NCBI GenBank assembly: GCA_024626585.2 | Contig: JANKJI020000002.1 | Span: 165,139,151-165,163,274 of the forward strand | Origin: Ginkgo biloba | Taxonomy: Eukaryota; Plantae; Ginkgophyta | Direction: 5' to 3' | DNA length: 24,124 nt | In this document: one piece after another, positions 9,287-21,787 of the stretch | Numbering within the stretch: the stretch's first letter is position 1 | Layout of the letters: each line of letters begins with the position of its first letter | The notes under the pieces: model-generated | What the model was told of the DNA's origin: nothing | Databases searched by the model: none | Seen by the model: only the letters and a program-made list of their open reading frames with translations | Position numbers and translations under genes: made by a program

Positions 9287-10599
9287 TCAATCTCTTATTC
9301 ACCCTTTTGATAGTCCACATTGTGAATTTTAGTTTTTGTGCGTATTTCAATATTATTACACAATTGATTATAACAAGGGACATATTTCTCCCCAATTTGG
9401 CACTATTCCCAAGCTTACAGAACCCAATACAAATAATTTTTCTATTTTTAGTCCACTTCAGTCATAAAGGATGTAGATAAGCCAATCTTATGCAATGGAT
9501 TTATTTTTCCTCATCCTTTTTCTTTTTCTTTTCGAAATTATAAATTTTAATTGATTCTTGTCTTTGCTTGTATTTCTAAATTGGAGCCTTATGATCGATT
9601 CAACCTCATATTTTAGATTAAGAAAAAAAAATGCAATTTTAAATGTTTTCACAAATTTGTGGATTTTTGAAGAAACTTTATAGTCCATGGTTGATCTCAC
9701 ATGTTGTTTGTCTTGCACTTTATCATTGTATTTAGTGATTTCATCTATGTTCTTATTGTTNNNNNNNNNNNNNNNNNNNNNNNNNNNNNNNNNNNNNNNN
9801 NNNNNNNNNNNNNNNNNNNNNNNNNNNNNNNNNNNNNNNNNNNNNNNNNNNNNNNNNNNNNNNNNNNNNNNNNNNNNNNNNNNNNNNNNNNNNNNNNNNN
9901 NNNNNNNNNNNNNNNNNNNNNNNNNNNNNNNNNNNNNNNNNNNNNNNNNNNNNNNNNNNNNNNNNNNNNNNNNNNNNNNNNNNNNNNNNNNNNNNNNNNN
10001 NNNNNNNNNNNNNNNNNNNNNNNNNNNNNNNNNNNNNNNNNNNNNNNNNNNTAACTAGGTTACTTGACTATTCTAGCTAATATACTGAAGGTTATGACTG
10101 ATGGTCGTTTATCATCTTGATTATACCTAGATATGATCACTAGGGCACATTATAGGACCCCTTGCCACAACCTTTCTCAAGATTGTATATTAGGACTCAC
10201 TTGTCTCTAGCATACACACAAACACTCGAGTATTGAAAAGAACTAAAACTTGGACACTCATATAATCCCAAACTAGTTTTTATCATGCATTGAGTTTCCA
10301 ATCAATCATCATAGGTTACCTATGACCTATAGAATTTCTAAATGTCTTAAGGATCTACCTCCTGATACCCCATTGTCTAAACCAACACCTTTTAAAAAGC
10401 TCTTGCCATCATCACTTGTATTGATGGCACCTCCATTTAAGCTTCCTACAAACTCATCCCTAACCATAACAGTCTCTATTAGTGCCCAAGAACAAATTCT
10501 ATTATTTTTAAACTTAGATGTTAAAGAGTTGAAACATATAATCTTTCTAAATAATCCTTTAAAAGATGACCAAACCTAGCTTAGACTGAGAACTAATAT

Positions 10600-11160
10600 T
10601 GTCACAAATATCTTAAAATTCCAAGCACAACTTTGTGAAGACCATGCAAAACATGTAATGGGCTACTATATTTGGTGCATAATTGATTATTATTCTAAAG
10701 ACTCCATTAAGCTATGCCTATTATCTAGGCACCTACTTGGAAAGGTTGCCAAGTGGTTCATCAGTCTTCTTATTACTTCCATAAGTGGCTTCAATGAGCT
10801 AGAGAAACAAATCTTGCTCTACTTTGAGATCCCTTCTTATAAAGAAGTTGGTCTTCCCCTTCTCATGAAAATAAGACAAGTTCCTAATGACCCCATCACT
10901 ATTGATATTCATGATTGGCATATTGCCTATGAGTAATGCCAAGCCCTAATTTAATCCTACAAAAGAGCATCATAGTATGTAGGCTTCCTTCTACCCAAAA
11001 TTGCTTACAAAATCCTCCTCTTGGTTCCACCAATAAAGAGGATGCCATAAAAAAAATCTCATTGTTAACACATCCCTCTCTAGAGTTGGTCTACATAGAG
11101 ATATGTTTTTTTAAGAACCTAAAGTCACCTTCTATAGACTATGATCATGACTTAGTGGGA
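10600..11160 (+). pseudogene. Gypsy gag (Retrotrans_gag) remnant
   Basis: EDHAKHVMGYYIWCIIDYYSKDSIKLCLLSRHLLGKVAKWFISLLITSISGFNELEKQILLYFEIP resembles 'DPxNHVMxFHLWC..N...DDSIRLRLFQRTLTGxAAKWYxxL...S...F..L...FL.HFQLP'. Confidence 0.8.
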
Positions 11161-12289
11161 GATGGTATAATTAGTCAACCTCTTATTATTATCTAGTGAG
11201 AACCTCAAATCAACTAGGTTTCTTACATCATCAACTAAACCATTCAACCACTCCTCACATCCTAACACACCTACAACATGTAGTCATAGATTCTCATCTA
11301 TACCTAATAACCACCAACCCCAAAACATCCATTTAGTTTTCCACTAGACCCTAATGGAAAAACAAGAGAGTTGTAGAAATAAGCTGACCAAAGGAAGGTC
11401 AACTTATAATCACAACCACAATGGTAACACTTCTCCCTAATGGATAATGGATACTACGTCTAACTTATCAATCCCTAAAATAGGGAATATAGGTTTTTTT
11501 CCCATGAGNNNNNNNNNNNNNNNNNNNNNNNNNNNNNNNNNNNNNNNNNNNNNNNNNNNNNNNNNNNNNNNNNNNNNNNNNNNNNNNNNNNNNNNNNNNN
11601 NNNNNNNNNNNNNNNNNNNNNNNNNNNNNNNNNNNNNNNNNNNNNNNNNNNNNNNNNNNNNNNNNNNNNNNNNNNNNNNNNNNNNNNNNNNNNNNNNNNN
11701 NNNNNNNNNNNNNNNNNNNNNNNNNNNNNNNNNNNNNNNNNNNNNNNNNNNNNNNNNNNNNNNNNNNNNNNNNNNNNNNNNNNNNNNNNNNNNNNNNNNN
11801 NNNNNNNNNNNNNNNNNNNNNNNNNNNNNNNNNNNNNNNNNNNNNNNNNNNNNNNNNNNNNNNNNNNNNNNNNTCTCCTAGTGAATATCTTGATGACTCA
11901 AGATGCTATTCTCCAAGGTGTTATCATACCATACATAAAATAATACCTTTCGATAAAATCTCCTCCACTAGTCGAGGAGAACAATGATCAATTTGGTTCC
12001 TTATCCATTACAAAGATGTAGATACCTAAGTACATTCCAAGCCTACTTTAAGAAGGATAACTCTTAATCTACATGCCTAATTCATTGTCCNNNNNNNNNN
12101 NNNNNNNNNTCATTCTCTTGTTGTAATGTTGTACTTATGTCCTCCAAACTTACTCTATGTAAAGGGAAATACTCCTATTTGTAATTAGTGCAAGTAAATT
12201 GAGTAGTACAACTCTCACCACTTTTGACACAAGTATCTCCATAGTTAGGGTCCCTTCTCTTACTTCCTTCCCCACTAATAGCTAGAACT

Positions 12290-12630
12290 CAGGTAGAACC
12301 ATTAGGCACTATATGGTTGGCAAAGGCTTAATACTNNNNNNNNNNATGTTATGCTTATACACACCTTTAAACAATTAGGTATCACGACCCTAGATAAGAG
12401 TCTCAACACTTTCAAGACCATGCATCATTCATGCTCTACCCATTTTATTTGGTAGAATGGCTCATCCATATTGATTTAAAAGTCATGGATATGAATCTAG
12501 ACTATATATCCTTCTAGAGATATCAGGGATGCAATCCATAACCATCATTATCTTACCCATATTTCACATTAACTAGTTTCCCCTTAATGAGTAGGTCATT
12601 ATGATTGACTAGCTCCAATTCATTTAATTA
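12290..12630 (+). pseudogene. Gypsy aspartic protease remnant
   Basis: Degenerate matches: IRHYMVGKG (resembles IxRxxIDEGAS), LDYISF*R (resembles LDYNLLLGR) and FPLNE*VIMID*LQF (resembles FPHEGKIVTIDQLSF). Confidence 0.55.
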
Positions 12631-13129
12631 CTTTTTTCTTATGGGCTCTCAAAATGTGAGATACATATGGTCATAATCATGATCGCTTTCAACCCACTTT
12701 CTCTAGGCATCTATTGTGATGAAACCCTCACCATAACCTTCTTAGGATTTGCTCCATCTCACATGAGCACCTTAGTCACAACCTAAGAATTCACTTCTTG
12801 CTAGCCTCAAGCAATACCTATTTTGGGGGTACTCATACTTCAATTATCCCACTATGACATTTTCTCAAATCAAGACACTCATCTAAAGTTTCTTTGGTGT
12901 TGTGAGTCAGACTGGGGTTCAAACCATCATATATATTGACAATGAAGAACTAACAACCCTTTCCCTCTAGATCCTCAAACAATGCTAAGAGTAGAAATTA
13001 CTAATCTCCTTGCCTTTAGAGTCACATTTTATCAACTTCACTCCTCTTACACCAAATAATTTTAAAAAGGCCAATCTCATGATCCTTGGTGATACTTGCA
13101 CCATCGACATTGCTAAGGAGACAAATCCA

Positions 13130-13830
13130 CATAGCATCCTCATCATCATGGAGTTCACTCCAGAGGAATAAAATCTATAGAAGATCTTATTCCAAGAGTT
13201 TAAAGATAGTCTCACCTTGTCCTACTAGAAAATACTTGGAATGGATCCTAAAGCTATCACACATAACATTACGATCTATAATGATATTCATCTTATTTGC
13301 TAACATTAGAGGCCTATGGATCCAAAAATTTCTACCACAATCAAAGTACAAGTGTGAAATATTTTAGATGCCCATTTTATATATCCTATGAATTAAATTG
13401 AATGGGTTGTTGATATAATACCCATTTAAAAGAAAAATGGTTTGATTGGGATCTATGCCAATTATCATGACTTCAACAAGGCTTGTCTAAAAGAAAATTA
13501 TCCAAATCCTCTTATTAATGAAGTCATTAATTGCTTTGCCAATTATAAAGTCCTATCACCCACCAAATGCATATTTGGAATTGCCATCAAGTGCTTATTC
13601 AGGATCATAGTATCAAAGTATGGAATTTATATTGACCCAATCAATATCAAGCCTATTTTGGAAATGTATTTACCTTAAACATAATGTGAAATCTAATCTT
13701 ATTAAAAGAAAGTTAACTTCATACATTCTTTCATTCAAGATTATGCTTCAAAGTTAGAGGGACTCTTATACCTCCCCCAAAAAGATGTCCCATTCATATA
13801 GGATGAATGGGAATAAGGAGTGCTTAACAA
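13130..13830 (+). pseudogene. Gypsy reverse transcriptase remnant with the catalytic core deleted
   Basis: FQEFKDSLTLSY*KILGMDPKAITHNI, then HFIYPMN*IEWVVDIIPI*KKNGLIGIYANYHDFNKACLKENYPNPLINEVINCFANYKVLS, joined directly to PTKCIFG...IIVSKYGIYIDP. Confidence 0.85.
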
Positions 13831-13839
13831 AATCTAATT

Positions 13840-14200
13840 CGGTCTCATGATGTACTCCATCTTAATGGATTTAAATTTCATCAAAGGTTTCCTTTTATAT
13901 GTTTCTATTCCAAACACTTCTATTGTCATGGTCTTATATAAGAGGATCATATGCATATTGAGTGCACAATGTATTGTATTAACAAGACCACATAAGCTTA
14001 TGGAAAAGGTCTATTGTGCAGTCATCCACCCAACAAAAAATTGTTCTATACTTGATTAATGTCCACACCAAAGTTATGGTGGGTTCAAATCCTCTCAAAT
14101 ACATGTTGTATAAGATTAATCTATCTAGTAGACCTAGTAGGTTGTTTATACTCCTTTTAGAGTTAAATTTCAAATACTTACCCATCAAATTGAGAAAGAG
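13840..14200 (+). pseudogene. Gypsy RNase H remnant
   Basis: FIKGFLLYVSIPNTSIVMVLY, then MEKVYCAVI and TKVMVGSNPLKYMLYKINLSSRPSRLFILLLELNFKY. These resemble 'KDFLLYLAAS..TIGMVL...EK...NPxxYIL....L.G+.SKWIVILQEFDL'. Confidence 0.8.
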
Positions 14201-14289
14201 AATCATATTGCTTAACAAATCATTGAATCTCCCTTAGAATCCTCACTAGATGAGCCCCCTATAGATATCTCTTTTCCAAAAACACATAT

Positions 14290-15517
14290 TATACTCATAA
14301 ATTCCACTCATCCCCAGTATGAATACATAATAGTATTATTGTAGACCACAAAATGCCATCTTGACTTAACCAAACAACAATAATGAATTATCATATACTA
14401 AGCTCATTGATGTGTCATATTTGTTGAAACTCTCTCTTAATTGGGGATCAATAGAGTTTTTCACCATTATGTCACTTAAGGAAGACAAGAAAATTTTGAT
14501 GTTAGTCATTTGTCTAGTCTTTAAAATTTTGGTAAAATACTCTATTCATGCTATATTTAATCATTAATATTTTAAGATTGCCATGTAGTAGTCCAACATT
14601 GTTGTAACTACTAAATCTATAATAANNNNNNNNNNNNNNNNNNNNNNNNNNNNNNNNNNNNNNNNNNTCTATTGGCCCCTTTGTAAAATAAGGAATACAT
14701 TTCATGGATTGTTGACCTCCTCACACGCCAATAAAAAATACATTATAATTAGAATGGAATATTTTTCTAAGTGGGTAAAAGTAACTCTTGTGCATAGGAA
14801 AGATAACCACACACCTATTATGTTCATATTCAATCGCAATGTTTGTAGATGTGGTGTCCCTTACTAAATCATTTTTGACTCTTGACATTTTACGAATGAA
14901 ATAATGAGGGATTTATTTGAATGCCTTAAACTCAATCATGCCAAATCCTCAAGATATTTCTCCTCATCAAATGGGTAGGTTGAAGAAGTAAACCTAGTTA
15001 ATCAAGACAATGTTTCAATGTAAGGTTCAAAGAATAAATATGATTGACACTTCCCATTCTATCAAACTCTTTGGGAATACTACACTTCAATGAAAGTAGT
15101 GACAAGGTTCATATCCTTTTTTCTCATTGATGGACAAAAGGCTAGTCTAATGATAAAATGCTAGATTTTATATTTTTCCCTAATAGTTTTCTAACATTCT
15201 ACCTCTTAAATCTCATCTCATTAAAATCAAGCAAATTGTGAAGAATTATTGTTGAGCACTATATAACATAGAAGCACACAAATAATGTATAAAATCCACT
15301 TATGACTATACCATCATATGCTATCAATTTCATGAGGACGATCTTGTGCTTATTTATGATCAAACTACTAATAATATAGGGGTAGGAAAATCCAACTTAT
15401 AATGATATGGTGTATATATTATTAGTTGTACATTAATCATTGAAGCTCATTTGTCATGATGGTTCTCTCTATAGTGATCCTATTACTATTTTTTATTTGA
15501 AAAAGTTCACTCCATAA
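14290..15517 (+). pseudogene. Gypsy integrase remnant
   Basis: IGPFVK*GIHFMDC...KYIIIRMEYFSKWVKV...FIFNRNVCRCGVPY*IIFD...SSRYFSSSNG*VEEVN...TLWEYYTS...FYLKKFTP* resembles 'GPFxKWGIDF...YIIVAVDYFTKWAEA...RFGVPxxIxTD...YYPQANGQVEA.N...ALWAYRT...LYLKKYYA'. Confidence 0.9.
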
Positions 15518-16329
15518 AGAACATTTCATGATTATTGTAATTATTATTCAAACTATACCAAAAAAATTATAAATCATATTTACATTGTTGTTTCTTAAGG
15601 AAGTGAAAATCAAAATAAAAATCACATGTGCGTGAGTTCCACAACAAGATAATAAAAGGAATGCAAGTTTTAATCACTAATATATAGAATCTATATATAC
15701 CTAGATGTTTGTATAAAGAGATAATAATAAACTTAGCTACACAACCTATACAACATACTGTTAATGACTAGGCCATAATGTGGAGCTCGAAACTTCTACC
15801 ATATCATCGTAATCATACATACAACAAATGCCAATGAGTAGGCCCTGTGTCATTAGGACTCTCTTCTAAATGGCCATGCTCTTGATGATGGTGTTTGGAC
15901 TCCTTATGTTCATCCCTCTCCTAGGACCTCTTGAAAAATATGGGTAATATTCATTACAAGTTGAATATCTCTCTACTCATTANNNNNNNNNNNNNNNNNN
16001 NNNNNNNNNNNNNNNNNNNNNNNNNNNNNNNNNNNNNNNNNNNNNNNNNNNNNNNNNNNNNNNNNNNNNNNNNNNNNNNNNNACAATAATTAATAGATAT
16101 TATTAAAAAAAATAGGCATACTTAAAAATAAGATCTCATTTTAGGAAAGCCATGAATGCTCTAGCATACTATTCTATGTATACATCCTAAATGACCTTTG
16201 TGGTATATGTCATAATATATCATACATCATCACTCCCACTTAGAAAAGAATGATATCATTATTAAATAGTTACATATAGTTATTTATATCTTTAGCTTGA
16301 TACCCTCTTAGAATAATTATTATCATAAG

Positions 16330-17150
16330 TGCTACTTTGAAATGTATACCCATGGAAGAACATTATAATTTATGAGAATTATAGGTCATACTATCAGGAA
16401 TGGGATTGTTAATGGTAAGCACCACTTACCCAATATGGTACCTATTAAGAACATATTCAAAGGAGAAAATATGGGTATTTCTTATGTATGGAGTCCTTAA
16501 TGTGAATAGAATGCATAAAGAAATCATAAGAAATAATGACATAATGAAACAGAACACCAAATGAGATGAAAATGCTAGTGAGAAATTTTATCAAGAAGGA
16601 TAATACCATATATAGAATGCAAGAGTATTTTCCTCTTTATATTAAGGTAAAGTTAAGGTCTCATGATGATATTCAATGATTAAAAGCCCTTTTCATCTCC
16701 ATGGTGTGCGAAAGGATGAAGGCACCATATGCTATCAAATAATAAAAGATCCCCCTTTCAACCTCTGTATATAAGGGGTATTTATAGGATGATAATGGCT
16801 ATATGAGATTAACCATAGTACAATCTTAATATTCTATAAGGTTGGCTAAGGGACATGCAAGTGGTCATAATGTAAATGATGATGTATATGTTAAATAGAT
16901 AGCATGGATATCATAGGTGATAAAATTAAAAATAACCAAATTCCCCCTAAGGAATGAGGTTCATAGTGAATGGAATGAGGGAAGAGAAGAAAGTGCTTGA
17001 AAGGAGCCCTTATTCTATAAAGGAATAAACTTTGATCAATAATTTATATGGTCAAGTGGCCATTATGGTAAGGAAAAATAATGGAGAGAGAGAGAGAGTT
17101 CTTACATCTTTTTTAGTAGTATCCTAACTTGAGAAGACATTCACAAAATA
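16330..17150 (-). repeat. Probable LTR fragment (minus orientation)
   Basis: A TATA box CTATAAATA on the minus strand at 16787-16779, a weak reverse PBS-like GCTTGATACC at ~16295-16304, and a GACATTCACA end-like motif at ~17137-17145. No coding remnant found. Boundaries are approximate. Confidence 0.3.
17084..17098 (+). repeat. (GA)n microsatellite
   Basis: GAGAGAGAGAGAGAG seen directly. Confidence 0.8.
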
Positions 17151-18329
17151 AGTTTCCATTTATTATAAAATAAGGCATGATACTAAACATGTCCCAAACT
17201 CATGCATAAAATATTTGTTGAAATTAAAATACACAGGTATGGACAAGTCCCATCCTTAGGGCATAATGTGTAAATAAAAATAGAATAATATAGTAGATAG
17301 ATATATGTATCAATATTTACAATAATATATTGTTAATATGCATGATCAAGAAGACAAAAGAAAAAAAAAAAAAAAAAATAAANNNNNNNNNNNNNNNNNN
17401 NNNNNNNNNNNNNNNNNNNNNNNNNNNNNNNNNNNNNNNNNNNNNNNNNNNNNNNNNNNNNNNNNNNNNNNNNNNNNNNNNNTATTAATAAAGTTTATGG
17501 TAGTAGATTGAAATGGATCCACCATCATAAAAATAATTAAATATTACATAGGAATGGGTATACCATTAGAGATAATCAAACCATCAATTTCATTTCTTTT
17601 AGATAATAATAATGATATAGATAAAACCATCAACACTGACTATATGATCACATTTTTAGTTTTTTATGTTATAGCATAGATATAGGCACATTAATGTAGT
17701 GGTGGAGTAGCATGGGTCAACCATTATGTGTATACATTAATGTTATACTANNNNNNNNNNNNNNNNNNNNNNNNNNNNNNNNNNNNNNNNNNNNNNNNNN
17801 NNNNNNNNNNNNNNNNNNNNNNNNNNNNNNNNNNNTTTAGGTGAGGATATTTGGCTATAAAAGGATTATTAATGTAAATTATTATCACAAGTGAGAGAAT
17901 AATGTGTTTAATTGATGAGTATTATATAATAAATAATCATTAAATTATATTTCTTAGTCTTTTTAAATATTAAATAATTAAAGTAATTAAGTGACTCTTC
18001 AAGTAAAATGTTGTTGTGTGTGATTTTGATTGTGTTATGTCTTGATGGTATTCTTTTAATAAATTATTATACCATGATCAGATGTTGTAGAGATTATGTA
18101 TAATCATAAATAAATTTTAGGAATGAATTAGTTTAATATTACTATTAATTAGAGAGTAAGATAAGTTAATATTGGTTTCATTACCAAAAGGATATCATAT
18201 AAATTCAAGATCAAAGTATATTAGTCAATCTTTATGATCTTTATAGTCTTTCAAGCAAAAAAGAAGTTCATATTTAAAACATTCGATGAAATTTTATCAA
18301 TTATTGGTAAGTATGACCAAAATTTTGGA

Positions 18330-19040
18330 ATAAAATTGTATAATTTTGGTTTCTTCTTTTTCCTTCTCTCTTTTTAACTCCACTAGTCTCCTTAATGTGG
18401 TCATCCACTTCTCTTCTCACTTTCGCCTTCTCTTTTCTGCTTCCATCCCCTCGATCCTCTAGTTCTTAGCTTCTACCTCCCCCAACCTTCTCCTCAAGTA
18501 TGCCAACTTCTTATGTGCTACTACCACTTTCTCTTTGTATGATATTCGCACCATTTTTATAATCCTTAAACCTTTTTACCTCACCTTTGTAACAATTCCA
18601 CAATGAGCTCCTTAGCTCTAATACTAGATGATGTAGTTGGTTCCCCAATTTCTCAAACTCTCGCCACTTCCCAGGATTCAAATTGAAATTTATCCTTGTC
18701 CATATGTGGTGGCCTGACCCTTCGAGGGCATTTGCTCCACGAACCCACACAACCAATAAATTCACAGAAATATTTTAAAACCAAGAAACTTCAAACACAT
18801 TCACAAGGAGGGAAAATACATAAATAAATTCATCACATTAAATTCATTTTTTTTTCCTTACATTTGGCCCACGACCTATTTTCAGAATTATATACATTCT
18901 CCCAACAGAGTTTGACCATAAATTTCTCACCATAAGCCTCCTTCTTAGAGTATTTTCAAGTAACTCTACCTGGTTGCCTCTATCGACAGTTTTGCTAATT
19001 ACTCCACCTTTTCTTGGTGCTCCTAAACTGTCCATATATA
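18330..19040 (-). pseudogene. Unidentified decayed, probably intron-containing ORF ending in a charged coiled coil
   Basis: KYSKKEAYGEKFMVKLCWENVYNSENRSWAK, a GTAAGG donor at 18861 and a T-rich ~115-bp intron-like stretch. Then SWSKCPRRVRPPHMDKDKFQFESWEV... and YKEKVVVAHKKLAYLRRRLGEVEAKN*RIEGMEAEKRRRK*EEKWMTTLRRLVELKREKEKEE. It abuts the LTR at 19041. Confidence 0.3.
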
Positions 19041-19529
19041 TGATGTACCCGCTTGGTGCTAAATAGGTTTTAGAATATAGGTGCGAAAACGTGTGATCAA
19101 ATCCAAGGGGGTAATCTAGNNNNNNNNNNNNNNNNNNNNNNNNNNNNNNNNNNNNNNNNNNNNNNNNNNNNNNNNNNNNNNNNNNNNNNNNNNNNNNNNN
19201 NNNNNNNNNNNNNNNNNNNGATCCATTGTAAGTTTATAAGGGTACTCAAGCCTCATTTGTAATATATATCTATTTGCTTTTGAATCTATGTGAAGTATTT
19301 TTCTTGTTTGTGACTTTTTAGACTAAGGTGGGTCCATTGGTGACTTCCTAGGCTTAGGTAAGTTCCCATTATGATATTATGAGCTTTAGATAGTGTCCCA
19401 TTTAACTTTGTGTCATGGAATTTCATTATATTGTGCATAAATATCATGTATTTTATCTTTGTTTTATATTATTTTGTGTTGATTTTGAGGAGTAGAACCT
19501 ATTTGGGTTGTTATAAGTGGTATCAAAGT
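19041..19529 (+). repeat. 5' LTR + tRNA-iMet PBS of an LTR retrotransposon (Gypsy/chromovirus-like termini)
   Basis: Starts TGATGTACCC (19041) and ends GGGTTGTTATA (19505-19515; GGGTTGTTACA-like). After 2 nt comes TGGTATCAAAG (19518-19528), resembling the canonical TGGTATCAGAGC PBS. Confidence 0.65.
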
Positions 19530-21258
19530 TGATTTTCTAGTTCTTGAGGAAGTGTGACTAATGTTTGTCAAAATTCAATTATAGACATCAAATTTTCATG
19601 AAAAAAATTGCATATTACGAAAAATAAGATTGAGCTATATAGATTTTTTTTCAAATGGTGTTTGATTTTAAGTCTAGAAGCTCCCAAAAAGTGTAGTTAA
19701 AATTAGCTTTAAAAATCACTCTTTTTGGGTTATTTCATTGGGTTTTTATAAAAATTAGAAGTTCAAACAAGGAATTCAATAAACTTTGTAGAATGAATAC
19801 ACACACACATATATCAAAGAAACATGATATGAAAAATGATTGAGTCAATTTAGGTTTCACATTCCCTTAAAAATATCAACACAAATTCAATTAGAATTTT
19901 GAGTCTATTCCTAAGAAAGTGACTTTAATTATAGAATATGTAGCATTAAAATTATGAATTACCATAATATTTTTTAATTTCATGAAATTTCCCATTATCT
20001 TAACCAAAATATATATAAGGAGCATCAAATTTGGTCATTAAACAACCCCAAAATCATTCCTGGAATGTAGTGCATAGTTTATAGATAAAATTAGGATTTC
20101 TACTAATGGGCAATAGAAATCAAGGTAATGTATCCTATTTTTAAAAGGTTTTTTCTGAAATTATTTTCTATAGTCATAAATTTCATCATGGTATAATGAA
20201 TTCCGAGAAAATTTAAGCTCAATTAGACTTGAGAAGATCTTGCAACACTACAATCAAGTTGGAGTGTGATTTAAGGCCTAATTCTAAGAATGTACCAAAA
20301 GTAGTAAATTTGTGCGTTTAGATAACAAAATGTCCACCAAAGTTTTACATATTCAACTTTTTCATGTTCTACTGATCAATTTTCATATTAAAAAATTCAA
20401 ATTTGGTTGTTTAATGACTCTATAACAATTTTGAAATGTACAAGTTGAGCCATTATTTAAAAGGTTTATTATAGTGATAGAAAATTTCAATGTTGGCCAG
20501 AAGAGCAAGGTCCAATGTATATCATTGAGTGGAATAACAAACCATTATGCCTCTTGAATGGTTTTGGAAATTAAAATATACATTTTTATTTACCTTATGA
20601 ATAATAAAGAAAAAATGGACTTTTCTTATCAATTATTTGGCACATACTCATCCTATTAATATACACAATAGAAATAACAATTGTGAATCATGGCCCATAT
20701 TCATGAATAATTCAACGAGCACTATGAAAAATGAATACATCAACAACAGNNNNNNNNNNNNNNNNNNNNNNNNNNNNNNNNNNNNNNNNNNNNNNNNNNN
20801 NNNNNNNNNNNNNNNNNNNNNNNNNNNNNNNNNNNNNNNNNNNNNNNNNCAGTTATATTTTCTATACTTGAACAAATGGAACGAATACCAAAGAGAATGT
20901 TGTAATTATATATTAATGATATTAAAGATGCTAGAATGATTGCAAAATTTAATTTGTCACCTCCAAAAAACTATCAAAAGAAATAAGAATGTCAAGAGAA
21001 CAAGCATAGATAGATTTCACATAAAATATGGATGGAGGGAAAAGATCCCTGAATCTAAGGCGAGAAATAATATCAATTCTAAAGTAAGAAGAAGAAGATA
21101 ATGATGTTGAAGGGGATGCTATACATCAAGAACATAAAGTATAAGAAGCACATGGCAATGAATATAATGATGAATGAATATTCTATAATGAACAAGAAGA
21201 AGAATATTGTGAGGAAACAAATATTGTATATGTTAAGCATGTATGCCTAATGAAGGTG
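19530..21258 (+). mobile_element. Internal leader / gag-start remnant of the element primed at 19518, interrupted at ~21259
   Basis: Follows the PBS. An acidic, purine-rich, coding-like stretch at ~20950-21258 (EEEDNDVEGDA...FYNEQEEEYCEE) has no diagnostic domain. Confidence 0.35.
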
Positions 21259-21725
21259 AGTTAGAATATATCTCTCTATTGTATAGGAGTGTAGTTTAGT
21301 TATACCATATCATTCATCCATATAAAGCATCATACACAGAAATGAAGGAGAACCATCCAATCCTTGTATTATAAGAGATATCTAAATACAGTGATTGCAT
21401 GCACATTACAAGACATATATTACAATATCTCAAGATAAATATATACTCTATCTTCTACCCCTATTCTATCAAACATATTCTATTTATACATAGTGTTGAA
21501 GATTATGATAACTGTTGCAGAGATTATAATGTACATAATCTAATATAGTATCATTAGAGGACTTATTTGTCAAAAGGCTCTGTCAGTGAATGCTTCGTTA
21601 ATGTTGGTGAACTATTGTCGATGGGACTTTGTCAGTGTTGATGGTTGATGTTAAGTTTATTTGTCAGTGTCGGTTGAGACAAATCTAAAATTTGTCGGCT
21701 CCTTCATCCAACACTCCCCCACCCC
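21259..21725 (-). repeat. 3' LTR + PPT of a minus-strand LTR retrotransposon (probably Ty1/Copia, Sirevirus-like)
   Basis: The minus strand reads GGGGTGGGGGAG (21725-21714; PPT) immediately followed by TGTTGGATG (from 21713). U3 carries repeated CACCGACA-like motifs. The distal end is uncertain (~21259-21280). Confidence 0.65.
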
Positions 21726-21787
21726 TAAAGCCTTGTCTTGTCTTGAGATAATGTCAAAATTGTAAAATTTGGTAGAGTCGCACATAC

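Larger units (their letters stand above)
8781..15982 (+). mobile_element. Degenerate Ty3/Gypsy LTR retrotransposon, non-chromovirus Tat/Ogre-like lineage
   Basis: 5' LTR/PBS followed by gag, PR, RT, RNase H and integrase remnants in Gypsy order, with pol ending at TAA 15515-15517. The 3' LTR was not confidently located (N block from 15983). Confidence 0.9.

Noticed and set aside
7167-11881. Long ORF-track entries at 7167-7823, 9687-10058 and 11447-11881
   Set aside because: Artefacts of translating through N runs.
15720-15982. Weak similarity to 8715-8850 (TGGAG..GAAACT.CTACCA; TATTCA..ACAAG..AATAT..CTACTC) as the 3' LTR partner
   Set aside because: Matches are short and gapped in AT-rich DNA and cannot be established without an alignment.
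17600-18120. Possible additional LTR (TGTAGTGG at 17696, TATAAAAGG at ~17856)
   Set aside because: No PBS/PPT or matching terminus found, and it is partly masked.
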